A stretch of DNA of 64,000 nucleotides from Podarcis vaucheri (Eukaryota), in the NCBI GenBank assembly GCA_965113315.1, contig OZ220364.1; one strand, 5' to 3'. Of the stretch, positions 36,136 to 49,651 are shown piece by piece. Under the pieces are notes generated by a model. The model was not told where the DNA came from. It worked only from the letters and a program-made list of their open reading frames with translations, and ran no database searches. A program made the position numbers and the translations under genes. Numbering within the stretch: position 1 is the stretch's first letter; every line of letters begins with the position of its first letter.

Positions 36136-38455
36136 ATACAAGTCTGCTCTGTGTGATGAGCCTACCAAAAAGCAAAGGAGATGAAATAACTTCTAAAGAA
36201 TAAATGTCACTGAAAGAGCCAGGAGCATCTTCATCAGTGGACTAAATTGAAATCCCAACTGGATAGTCCCTCAAGGAGACAGAGAGTTTTGGCTGGAAAT
36301 CTACGTGAAATATATACGGTTGTGAATTTACCAGCTGTTCTTGTTTGGCAGCCTCAGCAGCTGAAGTGGTACAATTGGGAAGCTTTAGGGAACTACAGCA
36401 ACTCATAAACCCTTAGTAAATCCTTGTAAAGTAAAAATTTAAGATCTGTGAGACGGCATAATTCTTTAATTCAATCCCATTGGGATTTGCCACCTAACAA
36501 ATACGTTCCTAGTTTTAAAGTTCTGTACATGCAATAAACTGAGTTAATTCCAATTTCTCATAGACGTGGCTTGATTCTTACAATTAACAAAATCTAACAT
36601 CAGCCTTACTTCCAAGTATTAAGAAGAGATGCCACAGCCTCTCTTTTGTTAAGGACCATTCCCTACTATGTCATATCCATTGCCCTGTTTCAGATGAGGG
36701 ACAATAGAGAAGATGACATTTCAATAGGAGGGGCAAGATTTCCAACATTCTTGGATGTATACAGTATTGCAAGTACTGGTCCAACTATCACCCTTGGTAA
36801 AATTTCAAGATACCCTAAATGACTAAGCCCTATGGTCATGGCACTGACCAGAGGGTCAGCAGCCCTGGACCTAATGTTGAGTGCTGCCAGGACTTGGTGT
36901 GAGATGTAAGTGTTGTTGAGCCAACTGGGAACAGTGTCAATAGTGCTGTTAACCTAAGCATATATGTAAATGGCCAATTGGCAAGAAAACCCATCACATT
37001 TGATGTCATAGGATAAAATGAGGGAATTGATAAAAAAGCCAAATATTTCCAAAATAACTAATGTATGCATTGCCAGTACTTGCATTTCCGTTATAAAAAG
37101 CTGGTTTTCAGTTTTTAAAGAGTGAGGCTGGATCTAGACACATCAAAGCAGTGTTTCAGTTTAAAGTGTTGTAAACTTAAACAGGGAAAGCAGGTAGAGA
37201 AAAACAGGACTCCACATTGCCATCTGGTGGTGCAATGTTATATCGCACATTCAACACATATGAATGGCTTTTTCTTTACCAGTCTAGTTGAGTCCTGAGT
37301 GGCTGGATGGACTCTCTGATAGTGAAATTGAATAGAAGTACTGCTCCACCACTTGAAAAGTAATTTAACTATCGGTTTTGCTTTTGCAGGAATAGCATCT
37401 CAGAGCTGAAATCACTGAGCCTCTCACAAATGGTTGAGGACATTCAATTCACAAGCAGGAAAGTAAAGATCCGCATGCAGAATGGTACAAGGTAAATAGG
37501 ATTTAGTCAGCAGATGTGACGTCACAGGTCCACTCCACCCATCTCTACTCAAAACAGAACAGCTGTTTCCCTTGTGTCCCTATAGCAGTGGGTGGGAGCA
37601 GTTGTCAACTAGAGTTGCATCCAGGCACAATGGCAATAAAATGTAATTTGCTGGCACCAACCCAACAGCCTGGAGTTAATGGGGGGTGTTGTCGTTCAAA
37701 ACATCAAAGAGGGATCAAACAGCTTAAGGATTAGGTGTTAGACTGCACTGCAGAGAAGAAGAGGTAAGCTAAAACAGAGGGGACTTTTGAAACGTTTTTC
37801 TCACACAAAAATACCCCCCCCCCTTCTAGCGATTTATGGGGATTGTTTACACAAGGGCAAACTGCCCATTCTGTGGGAACAGGGGTAAACACTATGTGTC
37901 CCCAAATTGCCAAAGCAGCCAAGCATGCTCCTCGTCTTCCCACGCTGAGTGGGGGTGACTTTGTGGGCTGCCCTTGAAGCATGAGAAAATGAAGTTGTTC
38001 CTGTGTTTCCTCTCACCCAAGTGTGGGCAATGCTGCTTTGTTTGCCATCAGTGGCACTGCTACAAATCTGTTTGGCTACATAACATCATGACATCATCGT
38101 GCTTCCCAATTGTGATTCCCAATTGGCTACATAGCACCATGACATCACCGTGCTTGCTATGTGAATCCCAATTAGCACCGGAGGAGGAGAAACAGAAGAG
38201 TGGGATAAAGAAGCTGTGTGAGCAGCCGTGTTAAAAATACATAGGGTATTCTTCAGGACATTTTATCCTGAAAATCTTTGGGGGGGGGGAGGAAATCAGT
38301 GTAGTTCTAGTTTGAATACTTTTGGGGGGTGGATGGCTTTGTGGAGTTGATGCCATAACATCAGAGCACACTGAATAAAAGAAAGAAAAGTGCCACACAA
38401 GAGATACTCCATGGGCAACAAAGCCTAGCAGTGGTGTTCCTTGTAATAATAAATA

Positions 38456-38696
38456 GGTAAAGGTGAAGGGACCCCTGACCATTAGGTCCAGTCGTGGACG
38501 ACTCTGGGGTTGCGGCGCTCTTCTCGCTTTATTGGCCGAGGGAGCCAGTGTACAGCTTCCAAGTCATGTGGCCAGCATAGCTAAGCCACTTCTGGAGAAC
38601 TGAAGCAGCGCATGAAAACGCCATTTACCTTCCCGCCGGAGCGGTACCTATTTATCTACTTGCACTGCGTGCTTTTGAACTGCTAGGTTGGCAGGA
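38456..38696 (-). mobile_element. Sauria SINE, 5'-truncated, 13-bp TSD
   Basis: Body matches the 28620 copy. TSD gtaataataaata at 38443-38455 and 38697-38709. Confidence 0.93.
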
Positions 38697-40043
38697 GTAA
38701 TAATAAATAATCCCTTCCAATTTCTGCATGAGGGTTTTCCTCCCACCCCAAATATAATAGCAAAGTTTCAACATAACAAACACTTATACCACTTGAAAAA
38801 TTGCACATTCTATAAGGCCTCTGGTCTCCGGACAATATTGTAACAATACTTTTCTGAACAGAACTGGCATCCACACACTTTATGAGAAAAATGAATTGGA
38901 CAGTTCTGACTCCTTCCTCCAACTTTCACCCACTCCATTGAATGCTACAAATACTAGTTTTAATATGGTCATGCTTCCCCCCACCCCAAACTACTAAATC
39001 TGAAAAAAACATCTGCAAAAATATTTATTTTAATGATAAAAATAAGTGGTTTTACATATAACACTATACTTGTATCTAGAAAAAGAAATTGCTTAAATTT
39101 AATGTTTTAAGACACACATGACTAAAGTAAACTTACTTAGAAGTAAGACTGGCTGGACTCCGTGGGACTGACTTCCAAATGACATGCATAGGATCAGATT
39201 GCATGCTTCCTTTTAGGAATGCAGCACTTTAAGTTCTGTGTGGTAGATTTTGCATGCTTAGCCAGGTTCCAGAAGCATCCCTTCCAAAACCAAATCCCTC
39301 ACACTGCATAAAAAGCATTCCCAAAGCTCAAGTGAATTTTGGGAAGAGCCTCTTAAGGCAGCAAGTGTTGTGGTTAAAAAGAGAGGTGGAGGGGGATAAC
39401 TCTAGTGTGAATATGGAAGCATTTGCACACGTCAAAGGAGCTCTTTGGAAACCATAAGCAGCTTCATTGGTTACATGTGGAGTGCCAACATAAAGTTGGT
39501 GTGTGACTGAAATCCTTTAATACCTTTATCATCAAAGCCAGGGTCCACTCTACAAGCATCTTGGTAATAGCATCGTAATGGTGATCTGACTCAATTTCCA
39601 GAAATTGTATAGAATAAGCTTTTACCATGGTCTCTGCACCAGTTGAGCACACCAACATAATGTGGTTCCGCCACATTTTCCAGGGACTGGGCTCCAAGTT
39701 TATCTTTTATCAAAATACTAATGTTTATGTCACAGCAACCAAAGCAGTTCAGACAGTGCAAATTTTTCATTCACACAGCATATTTGGAAACGTGAAGTTT
39801 TACTAATTTTCTGTTCTGCCGAGTATCAAATTCAGTCCTAAGCATGCTGATCCCAAATTGTATAAAAATAAATGAATGAATCAGAGGCAAACTCTTCTAA
39901 ACAAACCTGGCATCTCCCATAAACGTTTTCAAAAAAAATTGGGTTTTTAAAAAAAGTTGCCAAAACATTTCTGATTTTATGAAATGAAGACAGTCAATAA
40001 TTTCTCCCGAATGTTGAAGTATGAGATCTACAGCTGCTAATTT

Positions 40044-40190
40044 GAAGAAGAGCCTGCTAGAGGCCCATCTAGTCCAGATCCTGTTCTCACAGTGACCACC
40101 GTGGGAAACCCAGAAGCAGGACCTGAGCAGAATAGCACCCTCTCCCCCCCCAGTTTCCAACAACTAGTATTTATAAGTGTTGTAGCCTCC
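40044..40190 (-). mobile_element. CR1-family 3' UTR fragment
   Basis: aagaagagcctgct...ggcccatctagtccag...ctgttctcacagtg...agcaggacctgagc. Confidence 0.65.
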
Positions 40191-40353
40191 TTCTGCCTTC
40201 TCCTTTTACTTTAGTTCATCTCTGTTATCTTTAACACGCAGCAATACTGGTTAAACAACTTGAAGGAAAAGAAGGCTGCGCCACCGGAGGAATTTCTTAA
40301 TTCTCATGCCCCTGACCCTACTACTAACTCACCCTGCTCCATCCTGGCAAATG

Positions 40354-40611
40354 CATACCATTGGAAGAAAGGGCACGTCCTGGTTCCCCCCCCCCAAAAT
40401 GGTGACCATTTGGGGCTGAGTTCTCCCCCCCCCGATGTTTTTAAGGTCCATGATCTTGCGTGATGCTCCAAAATGAGCATTTATGGGCACTGTGCCCCCC
40501 AAAAGCTATTTTTCCAGATCCGCAATCTCTCACGGGTTACGTGATTTGTGCGGGAGTGCAGACCCGGAAGATGGTGTCCCAAATTTGGGCCACATTGTGT
40601 TGGAGGGTATG
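40354..40611. mobile_element. Unclassified TIR element (CATACC...GGTATG) with 6-bp direct repeats
   Basis: caaatg|CATACC...gttggagGGTATG|caaatg, with a CpG-richer interior. Confidence 0.5.
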
Positions 40612-40763
40612 CAAATGCACCGCCAGCAAGAGGGTACTGTTGCTGATGCTCTATATAGACCCCACCCACCACCATTTACTGATGCTTGGCTTTAAGTGAG
40701 AAACAGACAGGAATGGCTTCCATAAACCTGGCCTAACAGAAGCCTTTTTGAAATTACCAGGTA

Positions 40764-40969
40764 CAGTGGTACCTCGGGTTACGTACTTAATTCGTTCCGG
40801 AGGTCCGTACTTAACCTGAAACTGTTCTTAACCTGAAGCACCACTTTGGCTAATGAGGTCTCCTGCTGCTGCCGCGCCACCAGAGCACAATTTCTGATCC
40901 CCTCCTGAAGCAAAGTACTTAACCTGAAGCGTATGTAACCAGAAGCGTATGTAACCTGAGGTACCACTG
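40764..40969. mobile_element. Tigger/pogo-like MITE with TA TSD
   Basis: TA|CAGTGGTACCTCGGGTTAC...GTAACCTGAGGTACCACTG|TA, with internal taacctgaa repeats. Confidence 0.92.
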
Positions 40970-43900
40970 TACATGAAAATCTAGTTAGAGAAGCTTCATT
41001 CTAGGCATAAATGATGGGAGAGGGAACCTGCTCTTGTGGCAGAGGAACTTGTCAGCCCATTCCATTAACCCTTTGGGGGGAAAATTCCCCAAACTGACAT
41101 CAATTTCGGAACTCCTTTCTGCCCCCTCCCAAAAAGGTTTTTTAAGCCAAACCCTTTTTCCTTGAACTTTTTAGTAAAAAACTTTTCCTGATTTAATTTC
41201 CTATCCAGAGTTGGAAAATAGGCTGTTTATATGTATAATAAATGAAAGAGGTGTGAAGTACTATTAAATCTGAACACAAAACTCAAGCGGATTAAGTTTC
41301 GAATCACTATTCCAGATGAAAAATCAGCACCCCAGAGTTTAAGAGGCCACACTGATAGAAGTCCTGTAAAATACATTCTTACTGAAGTAGACTGACTTCA
41401 AAAACGTAGTCCATGCACCATTTTAAAAGAATGTGACTCTGCTTCAAAAGCAAAAGCTTGTCATCTCTCTGAGCAAGATCTGTGCCAGCAGCAAACAATA
41501 GAAGGCAAGTGGGAAACGCCCTTTGTAATCACAAATATTTTCATAGCAGGAATTTGTACAGAGTATTTTTCTCAAACATGCAATCATGTCGAAGTTCAAG
41601 GTAAATGAAAGGAGAAAAGCAGTAGTTAATTCCACCACATCCTGAGACATTCCTGGAGGTGTACCAACCAGCGCTGCTATTGCACCTAGTTACATATCAA
41701 AACAACACAAGAAATAGACCTGACAGAAGAATATATATTGCAAAGTATAGGATTTATATTTGTGAACTCCTTTCCCTAACCTGCAAATAGTCGAAAAGTC
41801 TGGATTGCCCAGGGGCCGGGGGGGGGGGATGATACTGAGAACAATCAGCTTTCAATTTTTGTGTGATTTACTTAGCTGTTCAATAAAAAGTTCTCCCGGA
41901 TTGAACCTATTTTTGTACTCACACAAAGCAACCTGCCTACTGGTTTATAGGTATGTAAAAGTATTTCTTAGTTTGGCACTCCTGCCTTCAGAAAAATTTA
42001 TGGGGGAAAGGATGCTCAATTCATCATATGTCATATAAGTGTTATGATCCCACTGAATCTATGTTCCAAACCAGGCTTACAAACACAGTGTCATAAACAT
42101 TCAGAACCACTTAGCTTTACATACATAACGAAGTACTATCTGTGTGTGTGTTGGGGGGGGGCGGGGACTAATGGATCAAATGGTATTAGTAATTCTGATT
42201 CCAGTCCTAGACAAGGTGGCACTTAGCAAGCAAATTATGATATACAGCATTCATCCAAATGCTTCTTGCAGTGATCAAGGCAAACTTTCTGTCTTTTTCA
42301 AGAGACTTCAGGGAAGTCTGGATCCAGCTCTGACAGTTCTCCGTAAGATGTGCAGGCGAGTTAATTACTGAAAGTGACTGCACATCCTGTTACTTTGACA
42401 AGCAAAGAGCTAATGGATTATTATAATATAGCAGGGGGTTACTTACATATACTGTATTGTAAAGTTTCTGCTTCTGAAAGACAAGCAGGTCCGAATGAGC
42501 CTGCAAAAATATTTATATTTATATTTATCATATTAATAGTATGCTAATAAGTTAAATCTTTCTTGCTTTATGATCCTCTCATGAGAGAATGAAGATGTGC
42601 TACAATACAAGTGTTCTGAATTCAACAAATGTGTCAGCAAATCTAATGGAGTATTTATTAATATGCAATATACTGCATTTCCAGAACCAAAATTTGTGGC
42701 TGAAAACAAAGTACAAGAAGGACAGAGGAAATAAATGAATTTGGAGTACAGATTAAATTATTGCATCCTAAAATTATTTTTCCCACTCTTTAATTTAGTA
42801 ATTGAGGAATGGATCATTTTTGTGAACATCTATAGTTTCTCTCTCTCATTTTCATTATTCTTTTTATGTAAATGTGTCCCTCTGGTAATATAAAAAAGGT
42901 CTGTCATTCATATAATATGAACTGAATTTAATTATACACAAGACACAGTTGGTTTCTTGGAATCTTGTTCTTTTCACTGGATTGGAGAAGTCTGTTGAAG
43001 ATCATGTCCAATATATTCATGAGCCTCTTGGGAAATTTTACATTTTAGAAGCTGAAACCATCTGTTCAATTTAATGCGAGGTACAGGATGTGATCCAGAA
43101 GGGAACACACACACATTCTGGACACACACCTACATTTTCTCAGAGTTACGTTTTTAGAAGTTCTACTCAAAGAAGCCTCAAACTTCCCTTAAAACTTCTC
43201 CTGAGTTGAGAGCTTTCAGCAGGATAAATGCCCCCCAGGTTCCCTTTTAAACTGAGCTTGTGTCAATTTGCAAATTGCTTCTTGAACTTGCAGAAGTTTA
43301 AAGAGCAGTTTGAGGGTTCTGTGAAGGCATCTTCTGAAAAGGTAAGTGAAATCCATGTCTGCGCACAGTATGCTCAGTTGCCTCCCTGAGGCTGAAATAG
43401 CTTTTCCAGAGAATTAAAGCTGGTATGATAGAACCTTCATTGCCTTAAGTCCTGATGTCTGATTTTTTTTTTTTTAAAAAAGGTGCTTCCTCAGTAATAA
43501 TGGTTGGCCAGAGATGATGGTGAGACCAAAGAAATTAGCTACAAAGCTTGGTTTCAAAACCAAGTAGTCCTCCTTAATAACTTTGTGGATGTAAATTATA
43601 TGAATATGTTTAACATTTTATGTAAAGATGTGCTATGGTTGCTCGTTTCTTTTTGCTATCATAAGCAATTGCCTAGTAATAGAACAAAAACAAAACACAA
43701 AACAAGGCATTGGTCTGACATCCCAGTATTAAAAACCTTTTCTAAATATAAACCCACCTTTTTCGATTAAACTTGATTTCAAATAAATATTAATGTTATT
43801 TTAAAAATAAATTGTCCTGTTGGTACATTTTTTTATCTATGGTATACGGTACTTTCTCATAAACTTCTTTTTGTGATTTTGAACAAACCACAAACATTCT

Positions 43901-44052
43901 AGAGAGATTTGATCCTCTTCACTTTCCCTCTCAACTTTTAACCCTTGGAGACTCCAGTGTAAATTTAGGGCCACCTCAGTAAGTCCAGGCAGGAAGATTG
44001 TTCAACAGTAGGGTGGCGGTACACAAACAGAATCACTGTCCTGTTTCTGATA

Positions 44053-44416
44053 GTAAAAGTAAAGGGACCCCTGACCATTAGGTCCAGCCGTGACCAACTC
44101 TGGGGTTGCGGCGCTCATCTCGCTTTATTGGCCGAGGGAGCCGGAGTACAGCTTCCAGGTCATGTGGCCAGCATGACTAAGCCGCTTCTGGTGAACCAAA
44201 GCAGCGCACGGAAATGCCGTTTACCTTCCCACTGGAAGGTAAACGGCACCTTCCCTATTTATCTACTTGCACTTTGACGTGCTTTTGAACTGCTAGGTTG
44301 GCAGGAGCAGGGACCGAGCAACAGGAGCTCACCCCGTCGTGGGGATTCGAACTGCCAACCTTCTGATCGGCAAGTCCTAGGCTCTGTGGTTTAACCCACA
44401 GCGCCACCCACGTCCC
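44053..44416 (-). mobile_element. Full-length Sauria SINE
   Basis: Matches the 28620 copy. Flanking repeat cctgtt(t/c)ctgata at 44040-44052 and 44423-44435. Confidence 0.95.
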
Positions 44417-47400
44417 TTATACCCTGTTCCTGATACCCAGCATCAAATAAAGGCATTCAAACTCAGTGGATTGATGGGTAGGGTGCCAAGCAAGGGATAT
44501 AATATCATGATAGACAATAGCAACCCTACCTCTCTCCCCATTGGGTCTATCTTGCTGCACCACTGAGTACAGGTAACTGGTGGGCTTAACTGAGATAGAT
44601 AAATGTCACTATTCTCATCTACCACTGCACTAAGACCTCAGTGATGCAAGCCAGGTCAACATAGTTATTCAGAACTAAATTGTGGATAACAGGAGATTTC
44701 TCTTTTGGTGACCTGAAAAAGCAGAATCTGCAGGCCCAATGGGTAATTGATATGGCAACCGTGAGAACTTCAACTGAGTGGTGGACAGGTGGACAGATAG
44801 CTGTAAGGTGTCTATATCCTTTCTCCTCACCTGATTCAACAGTTACCCATCACAAAGTCTTCCCTAGATGCCCTGAATATGGGGTATCTCTTCTTCCTTA
44901 CTAAAACACAGTCCATCACATAACATCCACCAGATATAATTGGTGCGGCAGAACATGGAACAAGCATTAGATGGAATAAACACTCTCAGCTATTCCTGCT
45001 GACGCAGCAGCTGTGAACACTGGTCTTCCCCCAGATGCTGCTGGTGGGCAAGAATTCTGCATCTGCCTGGCTTAGAATAGACTCAGAATCATAACACACA
45101 GATTGGTCACAATGCCCTATTCTTCACATTTATATTCATTTAAAACATTTTTACCACACCTCCTCCAAAGCTCCAGATGGCTTACAAAACATCTAAAATT
45201 AAACTTATAAACCTCATAGAAAACCATTACAATTCATCAGATAAATTTTAATTATCTCCTGTAACAACAACAAAATAAATACTGAGAATATTTACTCAGT
45301 AAAAGTTATGTTCTACATAAGTGCTTGTGCTCTTGGTGGGTTGGGGGAGGAGAAAGGGTCACTACAGCAAACGTCTAATGTCTTAGCCAAAGCTATGAAA
45401 GCCTTACATCCATTGTGAAGGAGAATGGGGGAAATAATAAATAAATCTACATTTCAGAATAATCTGGGGAAATGAAAGCTGCTGCTTCCAGCTTTGGATT
45501 CATACCAGGCTCCTGTTGGCATAGCAAAAAAGATATTCATCAAGATTCTGGAATAAAACAATATGGTGTAAATTACACTGGCAACCCAACAAAGGAATGG
45601 AATCCTATGGGCTGTTTTGCCCAAATACTTCTGCACCTGGAAAGCAAACAAAAATCTATTTTGTGCATCCATGTGCACACAATGAGATGTAAAATCAGAC
45701 CGTTGCTTGAAAGCAGCAAAAGGAATGCTTATTGCAGTAGCACAACTCCTTCGTAAGGAAAGCTTTATAATTACACATAGTATTGTATAAAAACAAACAG
45801 CAGACATTTAGTAGAAAATCACATGAACAAAGCTGGGCTCCTTTTCAATATATTTCTCAACAGATGAGATGAGAGAAAAATCAGGAGCTAAAGTATAACA
45901 ATTTAAGTGCTGGCAAACCTTAACACCACATATAACCTGGGTATTTTCCAACAGACAATTAAGCAAGCATATATACATCTTAATTTCAGCGACACTTGCA
46001 CATGCTTAACTGTATATAGGATTGTCCTCTTTCCTCTCTGTGTGAAATTTAGTAGCACATCTCACAGAACATACAATTTGCATTTAACAAATTGCATGTA
46101 ATATGTAACTATACATTCAAATATTGTTCTGGTTTTGATAGCCACACCATATGTTCGTAAATATCCTCTCTAACAAGAACACAAATATGTGTCACTTTGA
46201 AAATAAAGCCCAGAAATTATCAATGTTACTAAGTCAACAACTTCCAATCAACATACACATGGCCTTGGTTGCAATTCATTCTTAACCAGCCCCATATTTT
46301 ACACTGTGCAAGAACTGAAGGATCAGTAACCTTTAATCTTCCCACTGACGTACTCCTGCTTTATCAAAGCCAAAGGGACCACCCAGACTTCTGTTTTATT
46401 CAGGAACGTGTCATTGATACGTTAAAAGTGCATTTGAAGTAGATTTAAAATGGCCCATTCGCACATCCTCCCACTTTATCAGTTATTCTGTGGTGCTTCC
46501 CCAGCAATGCTGCATCATTGCATCTGTAGTTTAATTCCACCCATTGCCATTGCCCGTGTTCCTGCCACCCCCAATTCCCCACCTTTTCCACCAGAATGCA
46601 CCAACAGGAAGTATGTGGGAGTAGCACAGCAGTACAAGCTTTTCCCCTTCCTTGTCTTAGCAGTTTCATAGAAATCCATGTCACCACCCCAGCTCAAAAG
46701 CTGAGAGGAAGGCTGTTCAACCACACGGGAACAACCTGGCAACCACCTCACTAGTCTTTGCTGCTCAGTGGCCACCAAGCCACAAAAAAGGTGTGTGTGG
46801 GGGGGGTTCGCTCTACTTGAAGTCTCTCAGAGATGCTTTCCACAAAGACCGTTCCCTCCAGTCATTCAAGCTCCAGTGCATGGCTGGTCAGGGGCTTGCT
46901 AGGTGAAGAGGTGGGGACTGGAGGCTACAATTTTGGGCTTGGCCAGCCAGGCCAGCCGAAGGTTGGAGATCCCTGCTGACCTCCATGCCCAATGATACTT
47001 TGAAAAATATTTTCCAGTCAAAAGGTCAGAACTGTCAATATACACCAACGTTCCACAACTTCCATGCTTTCATTAAACATAGGAATAAAAGGCATTTTCT
47101 TTGTGTCTGTAGATGGGGGCATAGAAGCCCCACTCCTGTGCACATTGCCTTGCACACTCAAGTCCCCAGTCATCCCTGTGTTGATAAAAGTCTGAAAGGG
47201 GCTTCTACTTGCACTGCCTTGAAGTTAAGCAGAATGCCTCAGGCGAGCAGGGACCATGCTTTATCATGGGCTACAAGCAGAGGATTCTACTCAAATGAAC
47301 TCAAAAAGGCTTCCTGCAAGCATTCCCCACTCACCGCACTAATGTGTGGAGACTTAAAGCACAGGGTGATATGCACTGGCACACTGTGGCGAGGCTTCTG

Positions 47401-47966
47401 TGAGTGCCCCTCCCCCACCTACAATAGCATTCCTATATTGAATACATAACAAGGTATGTCCTTCCTGTTTATAAAGTTCAGTGTGCCCCATTTGTTTTAG
47501 AGCACTACAGAACAGAAGTGGCTGTTTCCCCTACATCAGAAATAAACACCTTATTTTTATTTTTGACAAATTTTGCTTGTGCAGTATTATTATTTTCCAA
47601 TGAGATGGCCATCTCATAAGTTGCACCAAATAAGACACTTCAGTGCAATTTACATACCATCATCATTGGTATAATCTGACTGAAGGCAAAAACCTTGATA
47701 ACTGCAATAAAGGATGTAAATAAATTGGTGGTGGTGGGGATCTTACATTTATCTTCAATAACATGGCACCATACCATTACAAATCAGAATAATCACAGTT
47801 AATTATGGTCATCCACAACTATTCAAAACTATTGTCAACCTGTGACTCCAGATAGACACGAAAACATTTACGGTATTTAATGTTCATGAGATACACCTGT
47901 CCATGTAGCTCACAGTTCAGACAATATGAAATTGCATCTAAATAGAGAATAAAAATGGTATCTCAC

Positions 47967-48006
47967 CCCTCAAAACAAAACTGGAACTTTGGCTTATAGG
48001 AACCGC
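47967..48006 (-). other. ERC2: ERC2 3' UTR portion of the stop-containing exon, ending at a probable splice donor (GAGGG|GTGAGA)
   Basis: 40 nt after TAA the minus strand reads TTTTGAGGG|GTGAGATACC. A short stop exon followed by a further UTR exon matches my recollection of mammalian ERC2 structure. Confidence 0.7.
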
Positions 48007-48033
48007 TTAGGCCCATATTCCCTCCTCATCATC
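48007..48033 (-). CDS. ERC2: ERC2 last coding segment, DDEEGIWA-stop (RIM PDZ-binding IWA motif)
   Basis: Minus strand ...tctggctggcAG|GAT GAT GAG GAG GGA ATA TGG GCC TAA. It joins in frame to ...PSPEQ across an 8810-bp intron (48034-56843) and gives the known CAST1 C-terminus Q-DDEEGIWA. Confidence 0.95.
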   Translation of the reverse strand, partial: DDEEGIWA

Positions 48034-49537
48034 CTGCCAGCCAGACATTAGAAGGTGTTAGCATTGGAATGAAAGAAGAAACGGTTAGTTACGGTGGTGC
48101 AGCTGAAGATACATCGATCTTCAATGATGAAGGTATTAAAGTTTTCAAAGAAAATGTTATGAAATTTAAGCAGCAGCTATGTTATATCACAAGCAACAAA
48201 AGCAAGAATATAATAAGTCATTCCGTACATCCAACTGCAACTGTGAATCAAAATTGGATTGTACAATTCAACAGCAATGGTTTGCATATAAAAACCAATT
48301 AAGACTATTGCAGAAAGAGTCTAAGACTGAAATCCTATGCTCACCTACCTGGAAGCAGCTGCCATAGATCTCCGTGAGGCTGACCTCTGAACCGACATGT
48401 ATATCACAGGCATATTGGTAATTACTACAATAATAAAAGCTTTCCTTTCAGGAAGGCACAGACATATATGATACAACATGACAGAGAATGAGATAACTTA
48501 GCGAGGCAAGTATATTCTTACATAAAGCCAATCCAAGCCATTACTGCATGGTATACTAATGCGGTGCCAAAAACGGCCCCTGAATTTTTTCTTGACCAAT
48601 TTATCACAAGAGAAATCACATTCAAAAATTATGAAAGGAGAGAGGAAATATTGGTGCAATGCTCATAGGTGAGATACAGGGGTTTCTTGTGACTATTTTA
48701 TTTCCAAGGTGACCAAAGGGTGTTTGTGATGTCTGTTATTTCATTCTACAAATCATATCTTTGAACCCTTCATGGGAGAGAATTGGGAGGCTGCATACTG
48801 TGCTCCTGGTTTTTCTGGTCATGTTTCTTTTTAAGTGAAATCTTTTTACTTTTAAAGAAAAACTGACTGCGCTAATCTCAGGTGCTCGGCAGTCAGCCTC
48901 CCCTGTTTCCTGTGTTTCAGTTCATGAGGTAAATTCTTTCACTGGGCTTTTTCAGATCAAGATGCAGGTAGCTCGGGTGCGTGGAAAGAAAAACACACAC
49001 AAAGCCATGGCCATCTTGCAATGATAAGCTGAGTTCAACCCCACAGAAATTGTAAAGAAATGCTTAAGTGGTCTGAGAAACCGGGTGGACATAGGGAATG
49101 GAAGTCTCTTTTGTAGGGAAAGAAACTTTTTTTAAAAAGGAGGAAAACAGTATAGCTTACATCAATAGATGCCTTGTATTAATGCAAGGTGCCTACTTAT
49201 GGCCTATTCTTGCTGCATCCCCATGGGCTGCATTCCACACTGTTGCAGAATGTTCCTCAGCCTTCAGGTGTTGCTTTTTGGGGGTGGTACACAGAGAAGA
49301 AGCTGGAACAGGATCACCATATGAGCAGAATTCTATTCACATTCCTCTTTACTCCAGCTTATGTCACAGTCAACTTTTGCGTCAGGCATAGATTCTTTCT
49401 TTTGCCTCAACAAACCATCACTGGGTTAACAGAGGTTTAAAAAGTAGCAATAACCGATGGATTGTGTACACAGGTTCCCATATTTACTTTAACTACTGCC
49501 ATCTAATACATATTATCTTACCCCTGGAAGACACCAG

Positions 49538-49651
49538 TTCTGTTCTCATCCTGAAGCAAAGTTCTTAACCCGAGGTACTATTTCTGGGTTAGCAGAGTCT
49601 GTAACCTAAAGCGTCTGTAATCTGAAGCGTCTGTAACCTGAGGTACCACTG
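49538..49651. mobile_element. Right half of a Tigger-like MITE (family of 40764)
   Basis: tcctgaagcaaagttcttaacc...gaagcgtctgtaacctgaggtaccactg|TA. Confidence 0.85.

Noticed and set aside
280-47966. ERC1a-like long C-terminal exons (Rab-binding tail)
   Set aside because: I searched minus-strand frames by eye for KLKLYIGHL- and ADHCPDILEQ-like motifs and found none. A tblastn is needed to exclude them.
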